A stretch of DNA of 64,000 nucleotides from the human T2T-CHM13v2.0 reference genome, Homo sapiens. Below the pieces are notes generated by a model that saw only the letters and a program-made list of their open reading frames with translations, ran no database searches and was not told the origin of the DNA. A program made the translations under genes and the position numbers. Positions 14,942 to 28,677 of the stretch are shown here, one piece after another; the stretch's first letter is position 1; every line of letters starts with the position of its first letter. The stretch lies in assembly GCF_009914755.1 (NCBI RefSeq), contig NC_060926.1. The stretch is one strand, 5' to 3'.

Positions 14942-15342
14942 CTGTAATTGAAAGAAAAGATAAAAAATTCATCAAATGATAAAAATTAAATTATACAAAT
15001 GATATAAGTATGTATGTAAATTAGATTATTCAAACTGGCTACACCATTATAAAATTGCTGAGTATTAAGAATGTTCACACAATTGCACTGAAAAACCATG
15101 CTGATCTATTATATTCTAAAGCACTTATACAAATAAATATATGATTAAGATTTATTGTATAAATTAGCCAGGTTTTATACAGTAGTATAACAAAGCCCAA
15201 CTAACATTCGAGACCCCAGTGGGACTCACATAACATTTCAAACCTCACTGTATCCCTGAGATTACGTGTCACCATGTACTTTGCTGCCTTTAAACACCTT
15301 GGTTCCTTCCCCTGTCTCTATTGATCAAAAATTTAGCTATTA

Positions 15343-15633
15343 GGCAGGGCATGGTGGCTCATGCCTATAATCCCAGCACCTTGGGATACTGAGGCTGGAG
15401 GACTGCTTGAGCCCGGGAGTTTGAGACCAGCCTGGGCAACAAAGCTAGACTCTATCTCTACAAAAAGTTAAAAAATTAGTTGGGTGTGGTGGCACACGCC
15501 TGTGGTCTCAGCTACTTGGGAGGCAGAAGTGAGAGGATCACTTGGGCCTGAGAGGTTGAAGCTGCAGTGAGGCATGATCAGGCCACTGCACTCTAGTCTG
15601 GGTAACACAGTGAGAATTTGTCTAAAAAAAAAA
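15343..15633 (+). mobile_element. Alu (J-like), intron 4
   Basis: Forward Alu dimer with A tail. Confidence 0.9.
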
Positions 15634-16090
15634 GAGTATGTCTCAAATGCCATTTTTTTCTAACAAACCTGCTCTAAGTGTAGAATAGATTATTTTTCTA
15701 AATATAAGAGAAACAAATATTAGTAAATAAAATATTAAGAACACAGCAGTCCAAAGGAGAAAAATAATTTTAAAAATAATTTTATCTCCTGGAATGAACA
15801 TTTTAAAGGTATATCTTTCCAATATTTTTCTATGGACATAACTATACATATATATGCATTTTTATAAAACTGGAACCATATAATATGATTTTGATCTGTT
15901 AACAATATCTAATGACTTCTTATTAGCTGAATAGAGCATCATCATGGATTTACCATAATTTTAAGAAATAATCCCCTATTGTTAAAACACTTAGGTCCCA
16001 ATTTTTATTAATATCCTATAATAAACAGCAGAGTGTATAAACAGTCCACATTACTTGTGTAATTTTTCCAATTTGTCTTCTTTATGTGGG

Positions 16091-16480
16091 TGATATGGTT
16101 TGGCTCTGTGTCCCTACCCAAATCTCATGTTCAATTATGATCTTCAGTGTTGGAGGAGGGGGCCTGGTGGGCTGATTGGATCATGGGGAAGGACTTTCCC
16201 CTTGCTGTTCTTGTGACAGTGAGTTACTTATCATGAGATTTGGTTGTTTAAAAGTGTGTATGTAGCACATCTCCCTTCTCTCTCTTCCTCCTTCTCTGGC
16301 CATGTAGGACATGACTGCTTCCCCTCTGCCTTCTGCCATGACTGTAAGTTTCCCGAGGCCTCCCAAGCCATGCTTCCTATACAGCTGGTGGAACTGTGAA
16401 CCACTTAAACCTCTTTTCTTTATAAATTACCCAGTTTCAGGTATTTTTTATAGCAATGCAAAAACTGAGTAATAAATACA
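16091..16480 (+). mobile_element. MST-family solo LTR (ERVL-MaLR)
   Basis: TGATATGGTTTGGCTCTGTGTCC...TACA. Confidence 0.85.
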
Positions 16481-16509
16481 GTGGTGTTTTTATTTTATGC
16501 CCCTCAGCA

Positions 16510-16809
<300 letters not shown>

Positions 16810-16836
16810 GCATTTTTTTTTTTTTAAATCACTCTC

Positions 16837-17312
16837 TGTATTAGGCTGAATAATGACCCTAAAGATATCAGGTCCTATACCCTAGAGGCTGTTGTACCTT
16901 ACATGGAAAAAGAATCTTGCAGATGTGATTAATTTAAGGATGTTGTGATAGAGAGACTATCATGAATTATCTGGATGAGCCCTAAATGCAAACATGAATG
17001 TCCTTATAAAAGAGAGGTAAAGAGAGATTTCATAGACAGAAGAGAAGGCAATGTGACCACAAAGGCAAAGACTGCAGTGACGAGGCAACAAGGCAAGGAA
17101 CGCCAACAGCCACCAAGAAATAGAAGAGGAAAGGAGTGGATCCTCCCCTATAACCTCTGTAGAAAGTGTGGCCCTCCTGATACCTTGATTTGGGCCCAAC
17201 AATACTGATTCTGGACTTTTAGCCTTCAGAACTGTAAGAGAATAAATTTCTGTGTCTCAAGCCACCAAGTCTCTGCTAATTTGTCACAGACGCCATAAAG
17301 CAACAAATATAC
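16837..17312 (+). mobile_element. MLT1-family solo LTR
   Basis: ggctgaataatgacccct...cagaactgtaagagaataaatttc. Confidence 0.8.
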
Positions 17313-17529
17313 TCTCTTAGAGCCATTTACTTTGAATTTCAATTATAATAAAAAGGAATTATCTTTCCCACCTACCACACTTATCTGACTCAAGTTTTTT
17401 GAGAACATGTGGTGTATCAAGATCATATTTATATGCTTGGTGCCTAGCATGCTGCTTTGTACATAACGGGCACTCAATAAACATTTGTTAAATTATATTA
17501 TTAAAATGCCAAGTATACAGAAAAGAATT

Positions 17530-17790
17530 AATATAGCAGGCCTGAGACTGCTATCCTTAGAAAGGCCTGTTACAACATTGTCCGTGGCTAACATCTGAGA
17601 ATCTGGATTTCAGGAGAGTTCCCACCATTCCCAGTACTCATAAGAGTGGCTTACTGTCTGAACTGTTTGCGCAAACAATTTGGCTTATGCTGAATACCTG
17701 CTTTCCTTTTAGGGATCTGAACTTTTGGTACATGCCAGGCAGAGGGTGCCTATATGACCGACCTCCACTATAAACAAGAGACTGTGCCCA
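17530..17790 (+). mobile_element. ERV LTR fragment (MER21-like)
   Basis: aatatagcaggcctgagactgctatccttagaaaggcctg resembles a recalled LTR start. Confidence 0.55.
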
Positions 17791-17892
17791 GCCTGAATGC
17801 TATTGTATTCTAACATCATATTTTTCATCATAAGTATGTATAAAGTATCGGTAACTAATGTCTGTACATAGTTTATTAAAACAATTCTTCTA

Positions 17893-18190
<298 letters not shown>

Positions 18191-18574
18191 CTATACAGGG
18201 ACATATCAAAGGAAATAAAGGTAATGACATAGCTCAGTTTGTAAATTTTTCCTAAATTTTTGAATGTTATATATGAAATATTAAAAATGAAAAAGTATAC
18301 TACTTAGTAAAGCCAACAAGTTAGACCCTCACAATAATCTTCTTCAGTATCATTTTCTCAATTTCATTGATAAGAGACATTGAAGCTCAGAGATTTTTAC
18401 CCAAGATCACACAGCTGGTGTCAGAACACTCTGGCTCCAAAGATGTCAACAATTTGCTCTATGAACTTGGTCAAAATACTTCATTTATTATTTTCTGTTT
18501 CCTTCTTATACAGAAATCATATCTCTATATTCCATATATCTTATTATAATAGCCATATAATAAAATCAACATGA

Positions 18575-18722
18575 GATCAGGTGCAGTGGCTCACACCTAT
18601 AATCTTAGCATGTTGAGAGGCTGAGGCAGGAGGAATGCTTGAGTCCATGAGTTTCAGACCAGCCTGGGAAATATAGCGAGACCCCATCTCTATTTCTTTA
18701 AAAAATAATAAAATAAAATAAA
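18575..18722 (+). mobile_element. Alu monomer (FLAM-like)
   Basis: Left-arm-only Alu with A-rich tail. Confidence 0.8.
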
Positions 18723-19145
18723 CATGAAAGCATTTATAAAATGCTAAAGTAATACAACATACAAAGATACATAATTATATATAATGAAGCTTTCCTCCAT
18801 GGAAGGGGAAAGGGCCAGTGAAACTCTGGATGTTTTTCAACAATTGCAACATTTTTTTCTGTGGAGGCCAAATCAAACCAAAAATATAGACAGTGCTCAA
18901 TCCATCTCTGAGGGCAGGCAAAATGAACCATATTCCATCTTCTATCTTCTTTTCTTCCCACGTGTTTTTCCCTATTTCATGCCAATTTCATGCCATAATT
19001 CCGTAATTCCTCAACACTCTATTACTCTTCTTCATCTGTGGCTTTTCTCTGTTCTTATATTCTCTTACCCACATGGGCTCTTTGCTCATCTCTCTAAATA
19101 CCTGACTTATTTACTATATCCTTTCATGACTTTCAATGACCTTCC

Positions 19146-19149
19146 AAAA

Positions 19150-19209
<60 letters not shown>

Positions 19210-19233
19210 AAAAGAAAGAAAGAAAGAAAGAAA
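19146..19233 (+). repeat. (GAAA)n microsatellite, intron 4
   Basis: About 21 units with one AA interruption. Confidence 0.97.
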
Positions 19234-19869
19234 TCTGCTTATTTTCTCCATCTTCATTCTCAGGTTTCCTTCTTAATTATATACACTTAACCACAGATAA
19301 GGCCAGAGACTTTAAACAAAAATCACATGAACCTTTGTTTGCATGTATAAATTAGAGATAAATCAAGATTTCATTTATTCTATAGCCTCTTTTTGAGAGC
19401 TAATATGCAATGAGCTGGAAGTGGAACATGCTAACCACAGAGCTAATACAACTCAATCTGAATATTGGCAGTCAGTCAGGTAGTTATCTTAGAGAATGAA
19501 ATTAAAAGCAAATTTTAAGGAACAAGGTTAAATTTCTACTTGTTTAGATCACACTTGTAGGCAACAGAAGTGAACAGAAACCTTTAATCTTTGACAAAAT
19601 TGTTAGTATTGACCTATAATTAGGGATTTATATCTTAAAAAGATAAATACAATGTAAACATATTGCAAGTCATGCTATAGAATATTAAGAGATTTAAAAA
19701 TAAATAACACTGTCAGAAAAGAAAATCTTACAATAAAAAAGGAGGGCCTGACCTCCGCAAAAACAATTCCTGGATTTTCACTTACACTTCTTTGGCATCT
19801 TTAAGTTCTTTCTTTGCACTATTTGCTTTCTGTTGACCCACAAGTTGCTGCTGTCTTTAACATAAATAA

Positions 19870-20650
19870 TTTCCCTTACCAGTTAGCCTCAAACCACTGC
19901 CCCCTCTCTACATTTCCTTTTACCACTCAGCTCTGAGAAAGATTACTTTGTGTTCTCTGCCTCTGTTTTCTCAACAACCACCTCACTCCCATAAAAGGTA
20001 ACTTCTGCCCCTCCACCCCACTGAAATCACAAAGGATCATCAGGCCTGCCAAAACCTCTTCTCCATTCTCAACATCACGGTGGCCTTGACATTACTAACT
20101 TCTTTCTCCTTTCCTACAGCCTTTCCAACTGACTTCTCTTCCTACTCATGTCTAGATTTCTTTAAAACTCTCAATCCTTCTGTCTCTCTTGCTCCATCTT
20201 CTTTTGTACAGTTCCAAATGAAATATAATGCCCAGATTTTCCTCCTTGGTCCCTTTTTTGTGTTTCATTTTTCCTCTTGAGGATCAGGTCCCACTCTGTG
20301 GAAGCTCTTTCTCCCATTCTTATAAAACTGGTTTCTTCTCATTTGTCAAATCTCAGTTTAAATACAACCACTTTTTATAGGCCTTTGTTAGCATTCACAT
20401 CTAAATTCGTTTTTCCCTATCCCACCAAACACAAACATACCATTAGTCTACAGCACACTACTTTGTTTCCTTCACAGTACTTCATTTCCTTCACAGTACT
20501 TATCATAATTTATAGCTACAAATATATATACTTGCTTATTTCTTGCCCTTGCCCTTCTCCTCAATAAGCACAGAGGCCACATCTGTTTTGTTCACTACTG
20601 TATACCTGGCACACTGAAGACACTTATGAAATAACCAGCAAATAACTGAA
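19870..20650 (+). mobile_element. L2 relic
   Basis: L2 3' end motifs (tgttcactactgtatacctggcac). Confidence 0.55.
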
Positions 20651-21047
20651 TATGTGATCTTATTCATTCCTATTGTATCAACTCTTATAAATGAAAGACT
20701 TTTAAAACCTATTGCTACTCCATCCTTGTCTCCAGAATTCCAAATATACCTCTGTAACAAACTGCTTGGCATTTACATGTGAATCTCATCCTACACCTAA
20801 AATTCATTATGGTGAAAATTCAACTTACACACTACCATTTTCTTTGCATAAAACTATGTTAATATCTCAAACATAGCTTACATTATAATCCGCTTTATTG
20901 TTATTTTCCGACTTGAGGTCATGAATTATCCCGTGTTCATCTTTGCCTTCCTCCTAGCATATAGCTCAGTCTATGTATTAACCAAGTACTAAGAAAATGT
21001 TAAGGCACTGCTTCCAAGAATCCAAAGCCAACTAAATATTAACTTAC

Positions 21048-21212
21048 CTTCCAGCTCCAGGCTCTGTCATTGCTATTGCACCAATATATTTGCCTGCAGT
21101 CATCTGGGGAATAAAGTGCTTAATCTGTTCTTCTGAGCCATGGTTTGTAATATAGGACATGACAATACCTGAATGAATACTAAAACCTGGGCCTGAACAA
21201 TTTGAATAAGCT
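21048..21212 (-). CDS. ACADL: ACADL exon 4 (165 nt), AYSNCSGPGFSIHSG...MTAGKYIGAIAMTEPGAG
   Basis: ctaag|A GCT...GGA AG|gtaagt; MTEPGAGSD FAD-binding signature spans exons 4-5. Confidence 0.97.
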
Positions 21213-22664
21213 CTTAGAATGAAAAAAGAAGAAAAATTAGAGCATAAAATAGCAATAAAAAACGACTATTATAACAACAATGTATTAAGGTCCTATCAAA
21301 TTGTTTGGTAGTGGCCTATCTCATCACAAACCTATGACATTCCTGAGTGTTTTCTCTTTTTGTTTTTACTAATTTTAAAATTTCTGGTTCCAACACAATA
21401 ACAGTGGTCTACCAGAGTTCAATGAACACTTATTTAATTGAGAGATAAAATATTTTAAAATATGAATCACCTGCAGTTGTATTCCTCTAACACAGTGGAA
21501 TAATAACTGTATTCCTCTAATTACCTTTGCCATAAGGATATATTCTAATAAGACGGAGTCTTGGTAAAACAAAGAAACAAAAGAACAAAAATAAAAAATA
21601 AAAAAGCAAAAAATAGAAAAAAAGAAAAAAAAGGACCAAAAAACAAAACAAAACAAAACATGGAGTCATGGAGTGAATTTTGTACTTTGCTATTTTCTTT
21701 TAAAATTATGACACACATACACACACACAAATAAAAATTTAAAATTTAAAAATAAATTATATGACACAACAAAATCCTATTTTTTTACATATATTTTAAT
21801 CTTAAATAGCTGCAAAATATTCCAAGTTGTTTATGTACCATAATTTACTTATCCATTCTCCCACTGCTGGACATTTAGATTGCTTCAGCATTTGGAGAAC
21901 TGTGACCTAACATGACAATGATTTCTGAACACAGCATCTATTTTTCCTATTAAATTATTTCCTTAGGATAAATTCCCCAAAGTGGCATTCTATGTCAAAG
22001 AGCAGGAACATATTTTTTAAAATATGTTTTCACCTTTTTAATCCCCCCAAAATTTATTGTTCTAATTTATAATGCCACCAATAGTGTATGTCACTTTCAC
22101 TGCAATCTTGTCAGCACTGGGTATTAGGATTTTTCATTTTCACTAATTTTATAGATGCTCAAAATGATACTTCCAGATCAGTTTAATTTGCATTTGATTG
22201 TTACTAAGGATGAACTTTTCTCATTTAAAAAAACATATTTGCATTTCTTTTTTGATGAATTATTGCTTCAAATTCTTTGCCCATTTTTCAACTGCAATCT
22301 TTATTTGTTCTTGTATATTAAATTTCTAATATATTTGATGGAAGTATATTTCTACTCTGCTGTTCTCTTTCAAATATCTTTTCTAAGGGGGAAAAGTAAC
22401 CATAAGCATTGACAGGAAAAAAAAACTATCTCTTTAATTTTCAATAGCACCTATTTCAGCAACTTAAAAGGATTTTCTTATTATCCCACATTCAAAAAAT
22501 GTGCAAGAGTGCATGAGCGGTATAATCTTTTACATTTTACACTGAATTTTCAATCTTCCAAGATTAGAAAACATTTGTTTGTTTGTTTGTTTGTTTGGTC
22601 ATTTCAGAAAGGTGAGTGGTGTGTTTACAAAACAAGACTCAACCTTAAAAGTCTCCATACTTAC

Positions 22665-22802
22665 TGCTCCTCCCAGACAATAGCTGCGGAGTACAGATCC
22701 CCTCCAATTCCACCAAGATGCTCTGCAATATTGACACCAAGCAGTCCTTGTTTTCCAGCTTTTTCCCAAACCTCCCTACTTACTTCTCCAGCTTTCTCCC
22801 AT
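22665..22802 (-). CDS. ACADL: ACADL exon 3 (138 nt), WEKAGEVSREVWEKAGKQGLLG...IVWEEQ
   Basis: tgcag|A TGG...CA|gtaagt; phase 2-2. Confidence 0.97.
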
Positions 22803-22985
22803 CTGCAAATAACAAATATTTTAAATTCAGATAATTTTTAAATATTATTTAAATGGCCACAACTTTGAACTTATGAATGATTTTGTGTAGAAATGCATTC
22901 TTAATTTAAGGTAGTTATTTACATTAGCCATATGCTTCTATTTGCCTCTGACTCTTTTATCACTTCTGTTCCTCCTTTTTTCTGC

Positions 22986-23287
<302 letters not shown>

Positions 23288-24004
23288 CTCTCCTCTTATT
23301 TATATTTGCCATTGTCTTCCCCCATCTTGACTATTTATTGGACTTGAAAATTATACCCACTGATATTCATTGATGTAGTTTTGCTCAGCAGGTACTCTTA
23401 CATACAAGCTTAGTTATGGCATGTTGTCATGGGAATTTGCCTAACCTGTATTGTAAAAGGCAATTCTCCTTGGCATATTTCCTTAAAGTGCTGAACTTAT
23501 GGTACAAGCATACAAAAGCTGACAAAGTAGGGAACCTCATTACAGTTTAAATAGGAAGAACAGGAGAGCAGAAGCACCTTACACCATGGCTCTATATCAA
23601 ATTAACTTCTGAAAAAATTAGATATTTGTGTAAGGTAGGCAACCTCAGCTTTTCTTCTTTAAAAATGAGAATGGCAGAATGAGGAAACAGATGGCTAGTT
23701 GGAGATAGTGAAAAAATATCTGAGAATTTTTGTATTTTTAAGTGGATTATAGTGAGATATGGGGTATTTGAAGATACTGACACTACAAAAATTTTTAAGA
23801 CTTGGATTATCATGTGTGTTTTGAATACAGTTCTTGCTTAAAGTAGCTTTGGAAATATTTTTATTATTGACTTAAAATTTGTCAGCTCCTATTATTTTAT
23901 TTCAAAGCCTTCTTAACATTTTTTCTGGAATAAAATTTAAAAGCAGTGAGAAATAAACAAGAGATCCTACCAGAGCAAAGTGTACAATGTCTCTTTTGTC
24001 TTTA

Positions 24005-24226
<222 letters not shown>

Positions 24227-24362
24227 TCACCGAAGACTAGTCATGGCTTCTGGCTTCTGAGTTTAGCTTATTTTGGTCATTCTTACCAAGAAGGTATTAG
24301 TAAAAACCTAATGGAAGTTACTTTTAATGCTATTTAAAAACCATTCTAAATGTTTTAAAGTA

Positions 24363-24859
24363 CGGATGTCTCTGTACTTTATGACAGTTCAACTTACAAT
24401 TTTTTTACTTATGATGGTGCAAAAGCAATACACATTCAGTCGAAAACATGCTTACTTCAAGTATCCATATAACCATTTTGTTTTTCACTTTAACATATAT
24501 TAAATATATTTAATATATTACATGAGTTATTTAATACTTTACTACAAAGTAGACATTGTGTTAGATGATTTTGCCTAACTGTAGGCTTATGTAATTGTTT
24601 TGAGCATGTTTAATGTAGGCTGGCCTAAACTATGGGGTTTAGTAGGCTAGGTGTGTAAAACCTCACAAACCTATGATGTTCCTGAACCATTTCTCTCTTC
24701 ATTTTACTAATCTTCTAATTTCTGCTTCTAACATAATAACGGTGCCGAGAATTTTTTTGTTTTTATAATAACATAGTAACAGTGTTAACATAATAACAAT
24801 GCATTTTTGACTTATGATATTTTCAACTTGTAACCCCATACTAAATTGAGGAGCATCTG
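24363..24859 (-). mobile_element. MER47-like TcMar-Tigger DNA transposon
   Basis: TA flanks, terminus gaggagcatctg, internal match to recalled MER47 consensus. Confidence 0.8.
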
Positions 24860-25347
24860 TACTAGCATTGAGTGAATTTTGGAAATGAAGCAAAATCTTA
24901 TTGTAATAGAAATAGATAAGTTTCTGGTCAATAAAATAATAATAATTAGTTAATCAAGAACTATCCAGAGGTAACCAATTGCTTACCAAGGTTTGCATTG
25001 TGCTGACTTTTTGGGTTTTTACAGTTTAATTAATTCATGAAGCAGAAAAAGAAAGACTATGAAATTGACTAGTATTTTGTTACCACTTACCCATGGTTTT
25101 CAAAAACACTACTCTTAGACTAAGTTGTAAATTTTCAAATTTTCTTATTTGTGTATAGTACATTTTAAAATTCATTTAAAAAGCTCTAAGAATCCTGGGA
25201 TCTTATAGTACTACAGTGAAGAGCAGTAAAAATGTTAATAAAGCCCTGAACATACTATGTTTTCTGTATAGCAATATATGGCATTCTAGGAAATGGTCCT
25301 ATAATACCCCTAGTATACATTACATTAGAGGAAAATGTGCCACTTAC

Positions 25348-25503
25348 TCTGAGTGATGAGGAATCACTTCTTCTTGGAAAAACTTCCTTACACTTTTCCG
25401 GAAAATGTCATGCTCTGGAGAAAAGATTCTTCGAATTCCTATATCTGTTAATTTTTTAGCAGAAGGAGTTTCTAGACGTTCTTCCCCTCCGGAATGAGAA
25501 CAT
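25348..25503 (-). CDS. ACADL: ACADL exon 2 (156 nt), CSHSGGEERLETPSAKKLTDIG...EVIPHHSE
   Basis: tttaag|A TGT...GA|gtaagt; phase 2-2. Confidence 0.97.
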
Positions 25504-26428
25504 CTTAAAAATATATATATGCAATAGGAAAAGTAAGTGAATTGTTACTCTTCATATCCAAATTAGTGCCACTGAACAACATGGATTTCTTTCACAGAGA
25601 AACTTGAGAGGCAAGTAGAAAGAGTTTGAATTATGACAAAGCTGGGTTCAAATTTGGGCGCCACCACTTTTGATGGGATCTACCTCATGTAGCTGGAATT
25701 AAGAAGTACCTTATCATTATTCAACTCGGTCTCCATCTCCAAATCCTTAAAGAAGATGATGCCTAGAACTAACCACAGGTCTGACTTGAGGTGAAATGTA
25801 GTATTGTCAGGTGACATATGGATCACATTATGTAAAATTCAAATAGTACGGTAGAGTAATACTGATAAATTTTCATATCATATACAATGTTTAAAATAAT
25901 GCAAAGCCTCCAAAATTAGTATTTTAACCAGAATCACACAATTTCAAATTGCAGGTGTATAAGATGCAAACCATGTTGATGTAATCGCCACATTACAAAG
26001 CCAATCTGGGTGGAGATAAAAATACCCATCAATCTCTGATAAAGATTCTGTAAAATGGAATTATTTAAGACCTACTCCCATCCCTCCCACACCAAGCTTC
26101 AAATGAGACAGTTTTGTAGCTCCTTTAGTTCAGTGGTCTTCAGCCTTTTTTACCCTTGAAGTACCCCTGAAAGAAATTTTGAAAATCTATGCATCATTTT
26201 GTACATTTTCAAGTTCACATCTAAAAAACTTATCATATATTCAAATCTTGCCAAAGGATGCTTTTTCTATTTTGCATTAAATTCTAATTTAGTGTATTTC
26301 TTCCTTAGTTGGACTCTGCCTTTTCTTTTCTAGTCCTTATCCAGAAAAGATCTATTTCATGTAATTAATCAAAGTAGACTTAAAGGGTTTTTAAAAAAAT
26401 AACTTTTTACTATTACATGTTTCTTTCC

Positions 26429-26729
26429 TTTTTTTTTTTTTTTGTTTGAGATGGAGTCTGGCTCTGTCGCCCAGGCTGGAATGCAGTGATGCAATCTTGG
26501 CTCACTGCAACCTTCGCCTTCCCGGTTCAAGCCATTCTTCTGCCTCAGCCTCTGTAGTAGCTGAGATTGCAGGCGCCTGCCACACATACCCAGCTAAGTT
26601 TTGTATTTTTAGTAGAGACGGGGTTTCACCATGTTGACCAGGTTGGTTTTGAACTCCTGACCTCAAGTGATACACCCATCTCAGCTTCCAAAGGGCTGAG
26701 ACTACAGGCATGAGCTATTGTGCCCAGTC
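26429..26729 (-). mobile_element. Alu (S-like), intron 1
   Basis: Reverse-complement Alu dimer. Confidence 0.92.
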
Positions 26730-26779
26730 GCTATTACAACCTATTTCTAAGTTTTCCCTAAGTATCATTTTTTTTGTGG

Positions 26780-27500
26780 CTTATTCATTCATTTAGTTAG
26801 CAAATATTTACTGAGTGCCAATTCTGTGCCAGGCACTGTTCTAGTAACTTGGGATACAATAACGAACAAAGGACTAAGATGAGGACAAAGATCTTGGCTT
26901 TTAAGCTTACATTCTAACAAAGGGAAACTGAATAAACAATAAACTATAAATATGCAAATTGTATAATACCTTAGAAGGTGGTAAGTATTATGGAGAAAGA
27001 AAAGTAGAGAAGGGATCAGGAGTATGTGCCTGGGGGGAGGCAGAGACAGAGGTTGCCGTATGAAATAATGTAGTAGGCGGGGCTTGGTGGCTCACACCTG
27101 TAATCCCAGCACTTTGGGAGGCCGAGGCCTGAGGATTGCTTGAGCTGAGGAGTTTGAAACCAGTCTGGGCAACATAGTGAGCCTTGTCACTAAAAACAAA
27201 CAAACAAACAAAAAAAAAAAAAAAAGGAAAAGAAAAAAAAGTGCTGCAGTCAGGGTAGGTTAAACCAGAAAGGTGAGATTTGAGCAAACCCTTGAAGGTG
27301 ATAGAGTTAGCCAGGCATACCTCTAGAATAAAAGAATTTTAGGACAAAAGAACAACTAGAGCAAAGGCTGTATGTCTGAATGGTGTCTGATGTGTTCTAG
27401 AAAGAGCAAGGAGGCAATTGTAGCCAGAGTGGGCTGAGAAGAGTAGATGAGGCCAGAGATTCTAGGAAGAAGAGATAACAGGGGACCAGGACATGCAGGG
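26780..27500 (-). mobile_element. L2 3' end interrupted by an Alu monomer (about 27075-27240, +)
   Basis: ttcattcatttagttagcaaatatttactgagtgcc...gtgccaggcactgttctag. Confidence 0.75.
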
Positions 27501-28099
27501 GACCTTGACCATTGTCCTGTTGCATCAAATAAACTAACATCTACTTTATCCCTATAATGGAAATGATCGGCTCCTTTTTCTTGCTAGTAGAGATAAAATT
27601 ATAAAGCACGTATTTGTCCATATAGATTTTCCATACTTGAGAGTTTCCCTCAGGAAAAAAATATGCTGAGATTAGGAAACTGGGGCTGTAAGACACCGAA
27701 TCATTTGTCAACATAATGAGTAAACAATAGAGCCAGAATTTAAAATCGAGTCTTACTGGATCTTAAAATTGAATAGCCTGTACTGTGTTAAGGAAATCTC
27801 TGCAATATTTTTAAGTAAAATATATAAAGACATAGGAAAGCAAAAGAAATGCCAAACGAATAAAGACTTTCAGGTCAGTCAAAGGTGGTCAAGAGAGAAT
27901 ATGCAGAGGGAAGAAAATCAAAACACTTGGCAGCAAGTTTATTGCAACATGTATTTCTCAGTCTAAAGATGAAGAAATCTGTAATGGAAAAATTGGCATT
28001 TTTTTCTCTAAGGCAATAAACTGCAACTAATCTTATTGGCTAGGCTATTATTGTTTTTTTAAAGTCTCCTACATTTTAAAAGGGAGACAATCTCCACCA

Positions 28100-28230
28100 G
28101 CACCTTCCACACACCTAGAAGCTGGTTATAAATACACAATCTCAGGCCCCATCCCAGACCCACTGAATCAGAAGCTGTATTTTAACAAGATTCCCAGGTG
28201 ATTCCTTTGCACATTAAAGGTAAAAAAGCT
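28100..28230. mobile_element. MER5-like hAT-Charlie relic
   Basis: cccagacccactgaatcagaa...ttaacaagattcccaggtgattc. Confidence 0.7.
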
Positions 28231-28677
28231 GTTACAACAAAACTGTAGCCCCCCAGCCCATTCAGAGGGTCTCTCAGGTCTCCCTTTTTCCAGTGTTCTC
28301 TATTTGAGGGTAGATTTTCTTGCCATGCTTCAATCAAACTAACTTACGCCAATGGATAAAACAGAAGCAGATATAGTTATCTGGTTATCTTCTATTATGC
28401 CAGACATTAAGGGAGTTGTAAAAATGTAAAACAATGTCACTCTTTTCACTTTTTTTCTGTTTAGGAAAAGTTATTTTTCATAAAAACTGTTATTTATGTT
28501 AACATGTAATGAGCTTCTTATTGTAACTTTTAAATAAACTAAATATCTGTAAAGTTTCTCAGTTATGTAGATACCTTTCGATAACGACAGACGGATAGAT
28601 ATAACCTACATAAACAAAAGTCCTTTGAGGTCCTGTTTAAGAGCATAAGGGAGCCCTGTTATCAAAAAGTTTTGAGG

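Noticed and set aside
18784-19290. 168-aa plus-strand ORF with KKER repeats
   Set aside because: Runs through the (GAAA)n repeat, antisense in an intron, no recognisable domain.
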